A program made the position numbers and the translations under genes. 64,000 nucleotides of DNA, taken from contig NC_043003.1 in the NCBI RefSeq assembly GCF_006345805.1, positions 108,066,001 through 108,130,000 on the forward strand, given 5' to 3'. Within the stretch, counting starts at the first letter, position 1; every line of letters begins with the position of its first letter. This document shows, in pieces, positions 24,873-38,754 of the stretch. Source of the DNA: Octopus sinensis. Taxonomy: Eukaryota. Under the pieces are notes generated by a model. That model saw only the letters and a list, made by a program, of their open reading frames with translations. It did no database searches and had not been told where the DNA came from.

Positions 24873-24941
24873 TTTTTATATATAACTTTTTTGATAAGGT
24901 TCATTTCAGGAACTGAAACATGTATAATGTATATATAAAAA
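24873..24941 (+). ncRNA. Minimal type I hammerhead-like motif with U3:A8 core
   Basis: TTGATAA-GGTTC-ATTTCAG-GAACT-GAAA-CATGT-A; palindromic ACATGT stem III; imperfect AT-rich stem I. Confidence 0.6.
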
Positions 24942-25099
24942 TTAAAAATTGTATAATATAGCAGCATTTTCAAACTTCATTTTTTACAAATATATACCTA
25001 CTCGTATACGAGCTAATCCTATTATAAATATATATATGTATATATATATATATTTATGCATGCATGTATGTATATATATATACATACATACACACATAC

Positions 25100-25140
<41 letters not shown>

Positions 25141-25174
25141 TATATATATATATATATATTATATATATATATAT

Positions 25175-25250
<76 letters not shown>

Positions 25251-25419
25251 GTATGTGTATTTTTTCGATGTGTACAAATAACAAGGAAAAATAAATAAAT
25301 AGTTACCAGGGTACCAAAAATTCGCATAAGTGCCAAAGATATTACAGCCTACTTATAAAAGTAGAAATTCCAATGTTAAGTGGAATATTTTTGTATAACA
25401 TGGTTAAATTAAGAAATAG

Positions 25420-27110
25420 ACTCAAACGCAGGTGTTATTCAAATCATTTATACGTCCAGCATATGTTTCGAAAAAAAGCATTGAGATTATTCCGGAGGGA
25501 ATAAAAATATATAAAACAAAGCAATCATCTCGTCATGGAAGAAAAGTGAAACAAAATACATCAATAAGCCATTTTAACGAAACATGATTACCGCGTATAT
25601 GATGAAGGGGAACACTAGCAAGTTATTTTTTAAAACAACAGTTAATAGATTTAACGCAAAAGTAATTTGGAGAAAGAGAAGGAGGAGAAAAAGAAATTAA
25701 GAGAAAATTAAGAGTGGAAAATATTGTGTGATAGATGAATGCGAATAAAGTTTAAAATCGTGGAAATAAATATATGTAGTGTAAATGAAATGTTAAAAGA
25801 CAGTTAAAGGTTGAATTTTATAGATTGGTAGAAATCTCTTGTAGGAACTTAATGTATGTTTTTGCCACTCTTTACAAAGATAAACGTGATCCTTGAACGT
25901 GTTTACAAGAATATTCGCCGAGAAAATTATAAGAAATTGCTCTTTGTTACACACCGGACAAAAGATTTAGCTTTGTCATTATGGGAAGGATCTAGATAGG
26001 ATTTTCCATTCCAAATCGAATTGTTTATTATGTTCCTTTAGAGGCCAAATTAATTTACTAATCCAAGTTTTGTTACGTTTACTGATATGTCTAAATGTAG
26101 AGTAATGGTTAGATATTCTCTTCCACAACCGAGACGATGAGCTACCTATATAAAAAAGACATCAGAACTGGAGGTAATTTTACATTGATAGCTAGAATTT
26201 CTAATCTTAGAATTACTGTTAAGGAAACGAATACGATTCGAATTTATATCAGAAGTATTAATATTCTTGTTATTATTTTTCAAAGAATGGTTAGCGTTAA
26301 TAATATCACTGCTATTATTTTCATTAAGTGGATTTGCATTTAACAACTTATTGTTATGCGAAGAAATGATTTGTGGCAAGTTTTTGGTGTTTGAAAACCC
26401 TATCCTAATTCTGCATATTGACAATGGAATTGTATCTGGAACTCTGGAAAATTCTTGTTTATAGCTTCACGAAACTGGTAAGGGAGGCTAGATTTGATCT
26501 GCTTATCATATGGAATGATCAGCCAAACTGTTTTACTAGGACACACCTTGTTATTAAGGTAATTATCTTTAAATCCTAGACATGTTTATTTCGTATAAAG
26601 TGATATAAAGAACGGTTATCTCCCTTATGCTGCAAAATTACATTTTTCGATTTAGCGTTATTATTCGAACTAAAATTTATATTGTTATTACTGTTATGAT
26701 GTGTTTTCATACCCTGATTAATAGAAGCAGAATTATTGTCAATAGGGTTAATATAGGTAATTTTTTCTTTATATACTGCTTTAAGTAAGGCAGAGTTAAA
26801 AAATTCGGCTTTATCGTTGAAAATATCAAATGTATGCAAATGATAGGCACATGTCATCATAGCTTCTTTCCTCGGCAAAAATGCTGTGACATAATGAGTA
26901 ATAACGCTAAGCTCTCTGAATTCCATATACTATGCAACCGATGGGATTCTTAACAGTTTCCATCAATACGATATCAGTCTCAAGATATGGGGAGAACCGA
27001 GGCTGTAGAAACTCACATTTACCGAAGATTCTGAAGAAGTATGCGGTGAAACCTGGAATCTCATGGCTGAGAACCAAATCTTTGAACCATTCAGCTTTAT
27101 TGCACTTAAC
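25420..27110 (-). mobile_element. Highly degenerate Penelope-like element (different family)
   Basis: Minus fragments FNSALLKAVYKEKITY, KTVWLIIPYDKQ...INKNFP and RIGFSNTKNLPQIISSHNNKLLN resemble the PLE thumb/linker region; many stops. Confidence 0.55.
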
Positions 27111-27207
27111 AACGTATTTGCATGTATGTATACACACACAAATATATATATAAATATACATACATGCTTATGTATATATATAGTTTTACATATAATATAT
27201 GTGTGTA

Positions 27208-27320
<113 letters not shown>

Positions 27321-27328
27321 GTATATAT

Positions 27329-27484
27329 GACGATGCCGGGAACATACGATCGTGTGTGCTTGTGTGTAAATACTTACACACACAAGCACACAAACACAGA
27401 TATACGTGTATATATATACATACACAGGCACATGCACATAAACTAATGCACACAAAACCACACACACACACACACACACACACA

Positions 27485-27542
<58 letters not shown>

Positions 27543-27679
27543 GTATATATGACGATGCCGGGAACATACGATCGTGTGTGCTTGTGTGTAAATACTTACA
27601 CACACAAGCACACAAACACAGATATACGTGTATATATATACATACACAGGCACATGCACATAAACTAATGCACACAAAA

Positions 27680-27727
<48 letters not shown>

Positions 27728-27730
27728 GTA
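27329..27730. repeat. Tandem duplication, period 222 bp
   Basis: Unique core GACGATGCCGGGAACATACGATCGTG... is identical at 27329 and 27551. Confidence 0.95.
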
Positions 27731-28316
27731 TGCATGTATGAAACTCACGTACAAATACGACTTTGATTTCCATCAAACTGCATGTGCATGTCAAGTGCAA
27801 TTGCTTTCAACGTTAAGTTTATTAAAGACGGCGTTTGGATGGTAGTGAATCGATGCCAGCACAAACCGCTCGCATCGTAAAACAAAGCACACGCAACAAG
27901 GCGGTCAATCTGACCAATGGATTTCGATATTCACAGCAGGCATCATATTGCATCTAGAAATTTCTTTCCTTAAATTACTGAAAATAGTTTTGTTTATTAA
28001 ATTTCTCTATTATGTTTGCCGTTAATTAATTAATTATTTCATCAGTTAATTGAATAAATAATTAATTAATCATATAACCAATCGATGAATCCATTGATGT
28101 TTGTGTTTGTATATATATATATATGTGTGTGTGTACATGATGTGTATATACGCGCGTGTGTCTTTCTGTAAATATGTGTTTACATATATGTATATGTATG
28201 TCTCTCTAGATATATATCTGTGCGTGTATGCATGTATGTATATATACATATATATATGCATATACGTAAGAATATGTATATATGTTTACACATGCATTTA
28301 TGTGCTTGTGTGTGTT

Positions 28317-28366
<50 letters not shown>

Positions 28367-29689
28367 TATACATATATATATATATACATATGTGTGTGTG
28401 TGTTGTCTTCATGTTTGAGTGTTTAATTACCCATTTTAATACTCTTATATCGATAATTAGACATTGATGCTTATATAAGCATCTATCGCTTATATCAATA
28501 ATTGTCACCTTTCAACATTTGACACTTACAATCATCCTAGGCAATGATACTTTTAGTCACCTCCTATGTTAATAATTGCCCAACTTCTATATAAATAATT
28601 CCCGACTGGAAAATTACCCTCTCCCATGCGGTTTACGTATATATATATATATATTTCCTGCCTCTTCTAACAATTATTTATCGTTCATAATTACTTCTGT
28701 ATACAATTATCACCTGTTTTCAATTCTTGACATTTACTCACTTCTGTATTAATAATCATAAATAGTTTCCTCTCTCTCTTATTTATCGTATTTTCCTGGG
28801 TATAATTTTATGTCCTTGATATGACTTCAAACTGCATCTGCTAGCTAAGACTTTGGTTCGAGAGTCGTAAGGTTTTAAGGAATGTGGAACCATCTCTTAG
28901 CCACAGTTGTTCCCAGGCTTGGGCTCAGAGTAGTAGTACTTGTTATAGTCTCAGCTAAAGGTTAACTAATATGGTATGGAATAAGTTCCAAGTATAAAAC
29001 CTCACTGCTTTGTGAGTACCTTGGGAAAGAAAAACAAAGAGTAGAGTCCTAAAGGACAGCCTTCCAGCAACTGCAGCGTAGGTGGAGCTCTGGAGCCGTG
29101 TAAAACAATTTACCCAGCAGAAGACAACACCAATACAAAACCTAGAACTTGCTGGTCACCGCAGCCGCCTTGGCTCAAAGTCTAAAATATGGGATCGGAG
29201 ACCATGGACTAAATCTCTAAAACTACTAAGCACAAACAGGAAGAAAAGTTTTGTAGCTTTAAATATCAGATTACACAAGCAGTTAAGGGCGTGCTTCTCT
29301 TCCACATGATCGTTGGATACGAAGAACCTGCCATCAAAAATCAAAAATCATTTATACTGTTAACATTTCTATTTTCATATGAATTTTTAGCTTTGGCACT
29401 GTTGGTGGCAAGTTTCTGGCAAATTCCCAGCATGGGAGGAAAACAGCAGCGAGGCGTCACCTCCGATTAGTAGCTATTTTTACCTTCAATATAGTTAGGA
29501 AAGTTATGGATGTGTACTACGTTAATTTCCACTAAAAATTAAGGGCTTTTGTTATTATATTTGATTTGCAAGATTTTTGATGTGAAATCGTAATTTTTTT
29601 CTCTGTTGAGAGGATCATTATGCAAATAAGTAACACACGCATTGGTTCTATTTCAGAAGACGTGACAGTTTAGGTGGGAGCGAACTTAA

Positions 29690-29810
29690 CGATTAAATCG
29701 ACCCCCAGTGCTTAACACGGAAATGGTGAAAGGCAAAAAAAATTCTCGGTGGAATTTGAACTGGGAACGTAAAACCAGAAGACATCTTGCTTAGCATTTT
29801 GTCTGGCAAG
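29690..29810 (-). mobile_element. Degenerate SINE fragment
   Basis: AAATCGACCCCCAGTGC...GGAATTTGAACTGGGAACGTAAAA...TTAGCATTTTGTCTGGC. Confidence 0.65.
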
Positions 29811-30488
29811 TGTTATTGATATAATGACCCACGCAGCAAAGATACAACAAAGAAAGGGCCTCATATCTGGCCAAAAATAAATGAAGATAAACTAAAATCA
29901 TATTTATTTTTACTTTGAAATCATTTAGTACCATAAGAAATTATTTGATATTGTTAATTAAGAAGCATTGAGTTTTCAAGAGAAATATATGCTAATTATC
30001 ATAATAGCCACTAGCTCATATCCCGTCGACACCATTGTACCTGATCCGTAGCCAAAAGTTTTGACGTTTGCTGATACAATCAGCCATCAGTTATTAAATG
30101 AGACGGACGGTTAAACATTGCGAAGAGCAGGAGGAATTTTGGAGGAATGTGAACTACGTTAGATTGCAATGCTAAGTTAGAGTTCTGGAAGAGGCAATTT
30201 CAGTTCCCTGATTCAAGCCAGTCAATAATCCCTCTCGTCTGTTAGATTTACAATCAAATATTTTTCAAATATCAAGTGTGTAAATGTTCCAAAATGCGTT
30301 GAACATACGACATGTGGATATCTTGGTCTGGGTAGAGGTTTAACTCATTCATGAGAGACACCTCAACAACAGCACTCATTCTATTATCTATCCAAGGTAG
30401 GTATGACACAGAAATAATCCTAGAGAATTAATTGCCTATTCGCAATAGATAAATGAACGAAAACACAGTTAAGTGAGGTACTATTTAA

Positions 30489-30853
30489 TCCCATTTACAC
30501 CTGGTTATTCTGCTACAACAAACTATATTGCGATAGTTACCCTGAGAGAAACTCTCATATTTGCCTTTGGTGCAAAATGCACTTTTGTTTATATCGCTAG
30601 CGGGGAAATAAATCCCTGTCACCTCCAGCGCCATCTCTGGAGGTTGAGCGTCGATCATAAAAAAACAAGAAACTAATGAAGGTCGAAATCACGTGATCTG
30701 ATGGTCTCGGCGCTGGTGATGGCGAGGATTCATCTCCCCGCTAACAATATAAACAAGAGTGCATTTTGCACCAAAAGCCAATATGAGAGTTTCTCTCGGG
30801 GTATCTACCGCAGTATAGTTTGTTCCGACAGAACGCCCACATTTTAGTGGGGA
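30489..30853. mobile_element. Fold-back/MITE-like element with about 140-bp arms
   Basis: 30489-30632 is the reverse complement of about 30708-30853 (e.g. GAGAGAAACTCTCATATT / AATATGAGAGTTTCTCTC and TTTGGTGCAAAATGCAC / GTGCATTTTGCACCAAA). Confidence 0.88.
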
Positions 30854-31519
30854 TAAATATTACTTCTCTGTATTAATACTACCTATGTCGCTAATACATG
30901 TCTATAGTTAAGATGCTGTAAAATACAACGTAACACTATACACAGACCCATGACGAAAGTTGTACATTTTGTCTCGGTAAGAATCTTCGCATAATTATTA
31001 TCTATAAAAACAGCAAAGTGGTAGTAACGGAAAAGCTGTGAAGTAAATAACTCGTGGCATAGAATTGTCATACTAAGTTTAAGTTCACATCTCATCAAGC
31101 TTGTCATATTTACCTTTCTTTTTTTCTTGTAGGATTTTAAGTACTATCTGTGTACTGAGGTTGTTTCGATAGACTATACTTCTTTAAAAATGTATGGCTT
31201 TGTGTTCTGAAGTAGAAATCAATACTTATTTATGTGTACACACAGACACATGACCCAGAAATCTTCGTTTCACCTCGCTCTGAGATCAGTTTGATAATTG
31301 GCATGATTCACCGTGTACTTATACAAGCAATGTCGATTTGATGGGAGAAATGACAATGTTCAGCACAAATATTTGATCACTATAAACAAACAATCTGTGC
31401 AGTTTATTAAAAACAGTCAACTGTCGTTTACGACAGAGGAATCCATTATATCCAGTGGTTTCAGGCTAAGTTTAACGAAATTTTATGTCTCCTTTTTTTC
31501 AGGAACAACTTGACGTATC

Positions 31520-32664
31520 GGTAAACAGTCAGGGTCATAAGTGAACGTAAATATTAAATTTTTGTTTGAGAAAAATTTAACTGACATGGAGCCATCTGAA
31601 TACTGGAAAATATTTATCTGTGTCATGATGATTTGCGCCGAGTATCAAAATGCCGACTCCATGACTGATGTTCAACGCTCTGTGGACACCGCAAAGGCTG
31701 TTGGGTATGACCTGAAGAGCTGCAACGCAAACTGCGTAGCCGTGGCCAGCATGAAAAGACAAGACAGGAATTCTGAAGGTGTCCGTACGCGATGATTTAT
31801 CCAACCATTGCAAGACAAGTTGATGGAAGATTCGAGCAAGAGAATTCGGGCTTTGACGGGAGAGATGGGTGTTAGAGTTGCCACCAAAAAGCTAACCCTG
31901 AATGAGGTCCTTCGCTACCACTCGTGCAAAAAGAGCAAGGGACAAATTCTAACAGCCATAGCCAAGGAGAATCACTTGACGAAGATAAAGAATCTCACGA
32001 ACAAGATGAGAGATGCTGTTGTGCTTGGGATGATCTGGTTCTTCTCAAATGAAAAGAACTTCTGCCAGGACCAGTTTCATACCATTCAGAACAAAAGCTG
32101 GCTTGCCTTCAATGCATGCGATGTCCCACGTAACATGGAAACCAAGTTACCCCAAACTCTGATGGTCTTTGAGTCTCAAGTAAGGGTGACGGCATGCCGC
32201 CCCACATCTTTGAACAAGGCCTTAGGCTCAAATGAGACGGTTATATGAAGCTGCTGGAACTGTAGTCAAATATCGGTAAGAGTCAGAAGTGGTTGCCGCG
32301 AATTTCTACGACTTCACCAGCCCCAATTTCTAATTGCTAATTCCCACGATTGTTATCCCATGGATTACTGTGTGTGGTTGAGAAAGACACTAACTGCTCT
32401 GCTTACAATACTAAGGCTGAGCTAGAGACCAAATCAAGATGCTCAAAGATCTTCCCAGAGCTGGAGTGAGGAAGGGAAGCGCTAAGTTCTGGGGCTGTCC
32501 TGAAGCTGTGGTGGAAGTAGAATGCGGCTGCTTTGAGACACTGTTATCTCCAAGCCATAATTTAATTGATATGTTTCATTTTTTTAAATACTTTTATTTT
32601 TGGATGTGATATTATGATTTCTTTTCTTTTTATGCAAACCGTCAAATTCAGCCCGGACTCCCTG
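31520..32664 (+). mobile_element. Degenerate maT/DD37D-type transposon
   Basis: IWFFSNEKNFCQDQ...QNKSWLA...LMVF motif and a decayed C-terminus; terminal ...CCGGACTCCCTG-TA. Confidence 0.8.
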
Positions 32665-32740
32665 TATACATACATACATACATACATACATACATACATA
32701 CATACATACATACATACATACATACATACATACATACATA

Positions 32741-32891
32741 AGCGGAACAGAAAACTATACAAGAGTTTTCTCAAGTTTAAATTGTGACATTGTTTTCGTT
32801 ATCTACATTCCAATGATGGAACTTTGTATCTTTGTTAGAAATCAGTACTTTCTTGAAAGGAAGAATTTAAATGGTTAAAAACGGAAGAGAA
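32741..32891 (+). mobile_element. 3' end of an R4/Dong-type LINE embedded in (ACAT)n
   Basis: SGT(V)KLYKSFLKFKL* matches the C-terminus at 62900-62940; the 3' UTR matches 39790-39910. Confidence 0.75.
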
Positions 32892-32902
32892 ACATACATA
32901 CA

Positions 32903-32934
<32 letters not shown>

Positions 32935-33687
32935 CACAGACACAAACACCCCGCGCACAGGCACACACATTGAAATACACGACATACAGTCTCTAAGCAG
33001 ATGTCTTTATTGCGCATAACCTCAACCAACATATCTGTCGGTCTGTGGTGATTAATTATTGCACAAGTGATATTATCTGCGATAGACCGTTGTCGAATGT
33101 AGAAGTTGGGAAATTTGTTTTTCAACCGCTTAACGCCTCCAAACAGAGGTTAAATACTAACATATGGATACCTTTCGCAAGCGACTACATTACACATTAC
33201 CTTAGTTTTATATCAATAATTAAACAGAGCTGTTATATTTAGATGTATTTCAAACTGTGTCCAATTTACCATTTTGCTTCTCTTTTTATTGTGAATAACA
33301 TTATTTTTCGTTTTCTGTATCACCATCTATAACACACATCGTGATTAACCAGGAATGTATATGTATTCAGCTTTTGCTACAAATAGTTGTATAGATTTTC
33401 TATCAATTTCAATCGTCATTTTATAAATTAAGCTCTGTGCTCCATCGGCACCATTCATTATCGAATGGAACTGTTCATAGCGCCATTTAAACACATAGGT
33501 CTTTTTCTATAAAATGTTGTTTAGCGTCACCATTCAGTAGACCATGATTCTGTACACACAATAAAACACTAATCTCTCCCTACCATCTCTCTCTCTCTCA
33601 CACGTACACACACCCCACAACATATCACACATACACGTACACGCACACACATGACCACATTCAGACATATGTGTATGTACGCTTATG

Positions 33688-33721
<34 letters not shown>

Positions 33722-33759
33722 TCTATCTATCTAATTATCTATCTGTCTGTCTGTCTGTG

Positions 33760-33835
<76 letters not shown>

Positions 33836-33873
33836 CACACATGCATACATACATACATACATACATACATACA

Positions 33874-33904
<31 letters not shown>

Positions 33905-33944
33905 CACACACATATATATATATAACGGGAAGGTTTACGAAAAT

Positions 33945-34115
33945 AAACAAAAGACGAAGGCAGGTGGAGTACAAACAAACAATTGTATTAGTATGGCGCT
34001 CAGGAATAGAAATAGAACAAGTCTTTTACGTTTCGATCCTACGCGCTTCGACAGAAAGATACACAGAAAAAAAACAAGGAGAGAAACAAGGAGAGAAAAA
34101 AATGCGTGTAGGAGC
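33945..34115 (-). mobile_element. Solo PLE pLTR-like repeat with hammerhead-like motif
   Basis: Minus TCTTT-CTGTCGA-A-GCGC-GTAG-GATC-GAAA-CGT-A-AAAGA; homologous to 3868-4007 and 58224-58430. Confidence 0.7.
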
Positions 34116-35584
34116 TAACGATCTATCATGGCGTCCTAGGGATTTACATGTATAGCATTAAAGATACGTACAGGTATAGCCATATAAATTCACACATAAA
34201 TACTGTATTATATATACATACATGTGTATATGTGTGTGTTCGTGTGTGTTTGCGTATACATGCACTCATGCATGTGTATGTAAGTAGGTATATATGTGCG
34301 CGCATGCGGATGTGTATATATGTATTACATACACATATACACAGGCAAATATATATAATTTATGGAAGTTTTCGCAGAGTGATCATGTATATAGCTTAAC
34401 TCTGTACAATTGATATTAATTCTCTAATTTATACCCTTGTAAAGAACTAGAAGCACAGCATATGCTGCTGATTTTCGTGGTGAATAGAAGTTTTGATGCA
34501 AGTTCGAATTCAAGTTGATCCATTGCATTTCTTAGGCATTGTCAAATAAGTTGGAGATATGTTGTATGAAAATGATGTCGTCGGTTCAGAGGGTACGTCG
34601 TTGGCTTGCGCATCAGCTGTAGCAGGGCTAGTTGTTGTTATTGCTGCTTGGTTTGAGGGATTATGTGGAAATGGCTACTGTATCTAGCATATCAACCGAC
34701 CACGTACGCGGTGCCTTCTTGGCTGGACTGTGTACGATTTGGTAATGTAATGTTTCTGATTAATAAATCTGCGTGCATCTCTGAACCAAACGTATTACTT
34801 TCAGCCATAAAATGAACAGAATATATAATATATATGCATGTATGTAAGAAGGTGTGTGTATGTATGTATCTACATGTGTGTGTGTATGTATCTACGTGTG
34901 TGTGTCTGTATGTATATATATATATATATGTATTCACGTATGTTATATATGTTTGTGTATGCACATGTATATGGTTCCTCAACATACATTATAGCTCGGC
35001 TTTTTTAAATACGCCTGGTCATGCAATGATACTACATTATAAACTGTTTTCCATCCAAATATATCTGCGCGCACGCACACACGCATGTTTACCCACACTC
35101 ATCCACACACAAAATTATGGAAACATATAGCCATCTGTGTCCATACATATTCTGTATATAAATATATATATATATATGTGTGTGTGGGTGTGTGTGTATC
35201 TATCTATCTATTTATCTATCTATACACGCACACATACATACATACATACATACATACATACATACATACATACATACATACATACATGCATACATGCGTG
35301 CATACATACATATACATATACATACGTGCCGCGCTGAGACAAACAGGCAGAGAGGCAGAGAGAGAGAGAGAGAGGGAGTGTGATAAAGAAAACTAACAGA
35401 TGCAGATGATCGACTCTGTTCTCAAATGGGCAGAGTAACTCGTATCTCTTATGTGTATCCAGTCAGCTGCACCTATGAAATCTGAGTAATGTGGATGTAA
35501 TTCAGCCTATCAAATGCATAAATACATTCATACATGCTTATTCCTTTCTTCGAGTATAAACTTAATATTAACTGTTACAGTTAA

Positions 35585-36055
35585 TTGCTAGTACGCAGGG
35601 CAAAATGCTTAGCAGTTCTTCGTCTGTGTTTATGTTCTGTGTTCATATTCCATCGCGGTCGACTTTGCCTTTCATCCTTTCAGAATCGATAAAATAAGTA
35701 CCAGTTGAACACTGGTGTCGATATAATCGACTTACCCACGCACCCGAAATTGCTGGCCTTGTGCCAAAATTTGAAACCGATATTGACTATGAACGATTCT
35801 TGTACGTTAGTTGTATTTTGATGTTTATTATTTGCATTAGCATTAAGAGAATCTGGCAGAATCGTTAGCACGAAATGCTTAGCGGTATTTCGCCCGTCTC
35901 CACGTTCTGAGTTCAAGTTCCGCCGAGGTCGACGTTGCTTTTCATCCATCCAGGGTCCATAAATTAAGTACCAGCGAAACACTGGGGTCGATGTAATCGA
36001 CTAGTTCCCTTCCCATAAATTTCAGGCTTTGTGCTTTTAGTACAAAGGATTGTTT
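35585..36055 (+). mobile_element. Two tandem tRNA-derived SINEs
   Basis: GTCGACTTTGCCTTTCATCC and TGGCAGAATCGTTAGCAC...GAGTTCAAGTTCC motifs at about 35600-35790 and 35850-36050. Confidence 0.85.
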
Positions 36056-36199
36056 ACATTAGCATTGATCTAAGATGGACTCTCCCGTCGAGGACAGCGT
36101 ATAAGCGTTCAGCTTTTGCCGAAAGACCTGCACAAAGGATTTGTTTATAGTGATCAAATGTTCATGCCACACATTAAATCCCTCTCCCCAGGAAATCAA

Positions 36200-36370
36200 C
36201 GTTGTATTAACAGGTACACGGTGTACCGACGCTCGGGTATCGAAGTGATCGCAGAGCAACATAAGATGAAGTATTTTGCTCAAGAACACAATACACAGCC
36301 CGTCTACGAACTGAAATCATGATCGCTAGATTGTGAGCGCAACACCCAGACCACTAGGCCATGCGCCTTC
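36200..36370 (-). mobile_element. SINE (same head family as 17865-18209)
   Basis: GAAGTATTTTGCTCAAGAACACAA ... ACCACTAGGCCATGCGCCT. Confidence 0.75.
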
Positions 36371-36469
36371 ATGTAAATTACGCAAAAATGAAAATAACAC
36401 TCACATCTCATTTTTTAACTCATATATTTACCCAAATTAAATAAAAAATATCTTGAAATACTCAAAAGT

Positions 36470-37233
36470 AAATTTATTCAATAAAATCATCATTGGCTTT
36501 AACCACAGCCTCCACACGACTTCGGAATCTCCTGCAACTCTTCTCGACGGTCAACTTCTTTAAATTAGTGAATGCTTCCTTAATCCTTGCCTTCAGTTCA
36601 TCTTTGGTGTTACAAGGAGTTTTGTTGGTCTCTCGCGCAACTGCACCCCACACAATAATAAAGGAGTTTGCTGTCTGAGAAGTTAAATGGCCAGATGTTA
36701 GGGCTGATGTGGTCGCATAAATTGTCTGACTGCCATGACTAGGTTCTCCTGATTGTGTGGCATGGTTCAGAGTCCTGTTGCCAGACATAGGGTCTTCCAG
36801 CATCCACCATCATGACCCAGGTCAGTACTACCTCCTCCAGGCACTTGATGTAGGCCTCTGTATTGAGTCTGAGGCCGCGTGGGAAGATGAATAGAGGCAT
36901 AACATTGCCATAACTAGTGATCACTCCAAACACCATGATGCTGATCAGATGTTTGATTTTTATCACTCTCGGTACATGTCCTCAGACTGCACTGTCCTCA
37001 CATTGACACCCAAACACTCTGAACTCTTCCTATTGGAGCTTCCTGCGCGAATGCCAAGCAGTACAGCATGTCATTTCTAAATTTCTGAAAGACTGAATAG
37101 CGGCATAGTGCTTTTTTCTCACAGACGGTACTCAACTGACCCTACTATACTGTGTGGTCGACAAAATCAGAATCAAACAATGCGTATGTACGAAATTAAA
37201 AGAATAAAATGCCGACAATTTACCCATCGCACG

Positions 37234-37236
<3 letters not shown>
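36470..37236 (-). mobile_element. Internally deleted maT/DD37D transposon
   Basis: MVFGVITSYG...YVWQQDS...WPFNFSD...VWGAV...FRSRVEAVVKANDDFIE*; about 37 residues between D2 and D3; terminus CAGCGTGCGATGGG next to TA at 37237. Confidence 0.88.
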
Positions 37237-37290
<54 letters not shown>

Positions 37291-37656
37291 ATATATATAC
37301 ACACACACATACACACAAACACACACACGCACATACACACAGAGGCAAACTAACAGACGTCACTAAAGTGACAGAGTGTACAAAGCGGCACCGGCATTGC
37401 TAGAAATAAGAGTGAAACCGACTCACTACTCACAAGAGCACTATCTTAATAAACTGACAAAGGAGAGAAGCTCCATACGGTCTCAGATACAGCCATATCA
37501 TCGGTGACTTCGAATTTTGATACGTACATGCAAACATACATACATACATACATACATACATACATACATACATACATACATACATACATACGTACGTACA
37601 TACATACATACATACATACATACATACATACATACATACATACATACATACATACA

Positions 37657-37687
<31 letters not shown>

Positions 37688-38754
37688 TAGTGTATGCGTA
37701 TAAAATGCATGGCCTATATACATTGTTGATGTACTGTTTAAAGACAACAAGGTGGTCTTCATTTATGTTTGCATGACATGAGAGTGAGAGATAAGAGAGA
37801 ATTTCCCACTGAATATGCATTGGTATAGCTCACAAAATTTCTCCGAAACTCAGCTATGCCTCAAATCTTGATGAAGGAGAGTAATAAGGATGTGAAAAGT
37901 AGTGTCCTGCTCAGGAAGCCAATAAAATGGCTGTAATGGATGGCATTTTCAAACAGGCTAATTATTATCTCATTTATCGTTTACTTCTCTTAATGAACTC
38001 ACATGCGTGCAACTGCAGAGTGATGTACACACACAAGAGCATATGCTTCCACGCGTATACAAATACACTCAAAATCATGCACTCATTGCAATAATCTACA
38101 AAATCTACACGCGCATTAATCCTCAACAAAGAACATGAATTATTTTGAATGATTCTTGGAATAAGAAACCAACACTGATCCACAGAAATGAGAAATTCAG
38201 ATTCTTTTCGCGACAGTATGTAATGTATATTTGATAAAATAAATACTAGTATACAGAAATCAATATAATTGCTTGTGCATCAATCTCAACGAATATTCTG
38301 TTAAATTTAACCAATATTTAAAATTTCTACAGCATTGATTTGGCAGAATAAACACATGACAGTATTTTACTACAAAACTAAGTTTAGTGTCACATTTACT
38401 TTTATCTATCCAACAACGATAAAATAGAAGAAATATGTTACATTTCCATTAATCCGGCATCTAATAGTTCAAAAGATTCGGTTCCCCATTCGCCGGCATG
38501 GCATATTTTTGCATTTCAAAGTTTTCCTTAAGCACCATCACATGGCCGCCTCCAGCTACTTACATATTGGATTGGGAAAGATGTGAAAATTGAAATCACA
38601 ATGCATCTGAAAGAGGTGAAAACTGGGAGGTTATCGTGCGTGAATACAAAATGGGTTCTAAAAACAATTTATGACATTAAGGAACAAAAGTATATGTTAA
38701 TATTACGTTTATATATTTGTTTTGCAAGATGTTTTATGTGAAATCGTGTGTTGA

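Larger units (their letters stand above)
22534..25020 (+). mobile_element. 5'-truncated Penelope-like element with 3' pseudo-LTR, flanked by (TA)n on both sides
   Basis: RT+GIY-YIG frame followed by a promoter-like array, TATA, donor and a hammerhead-like motif. Confidence 0.93.

Noticed and set aside
25440-25500. GAAACATATG on minus at the end of the degenerate PLE as another hammerhead
   Set aside because: No recognisable CUGANGA core or stem II remains.
28860-29340. Possible old LINE or hAT coding remnants (also about 30100-30240 and 18520-18850)
   Set aside because: Only vague motif resemblance with many stops; cannot be assigned without a profile search.
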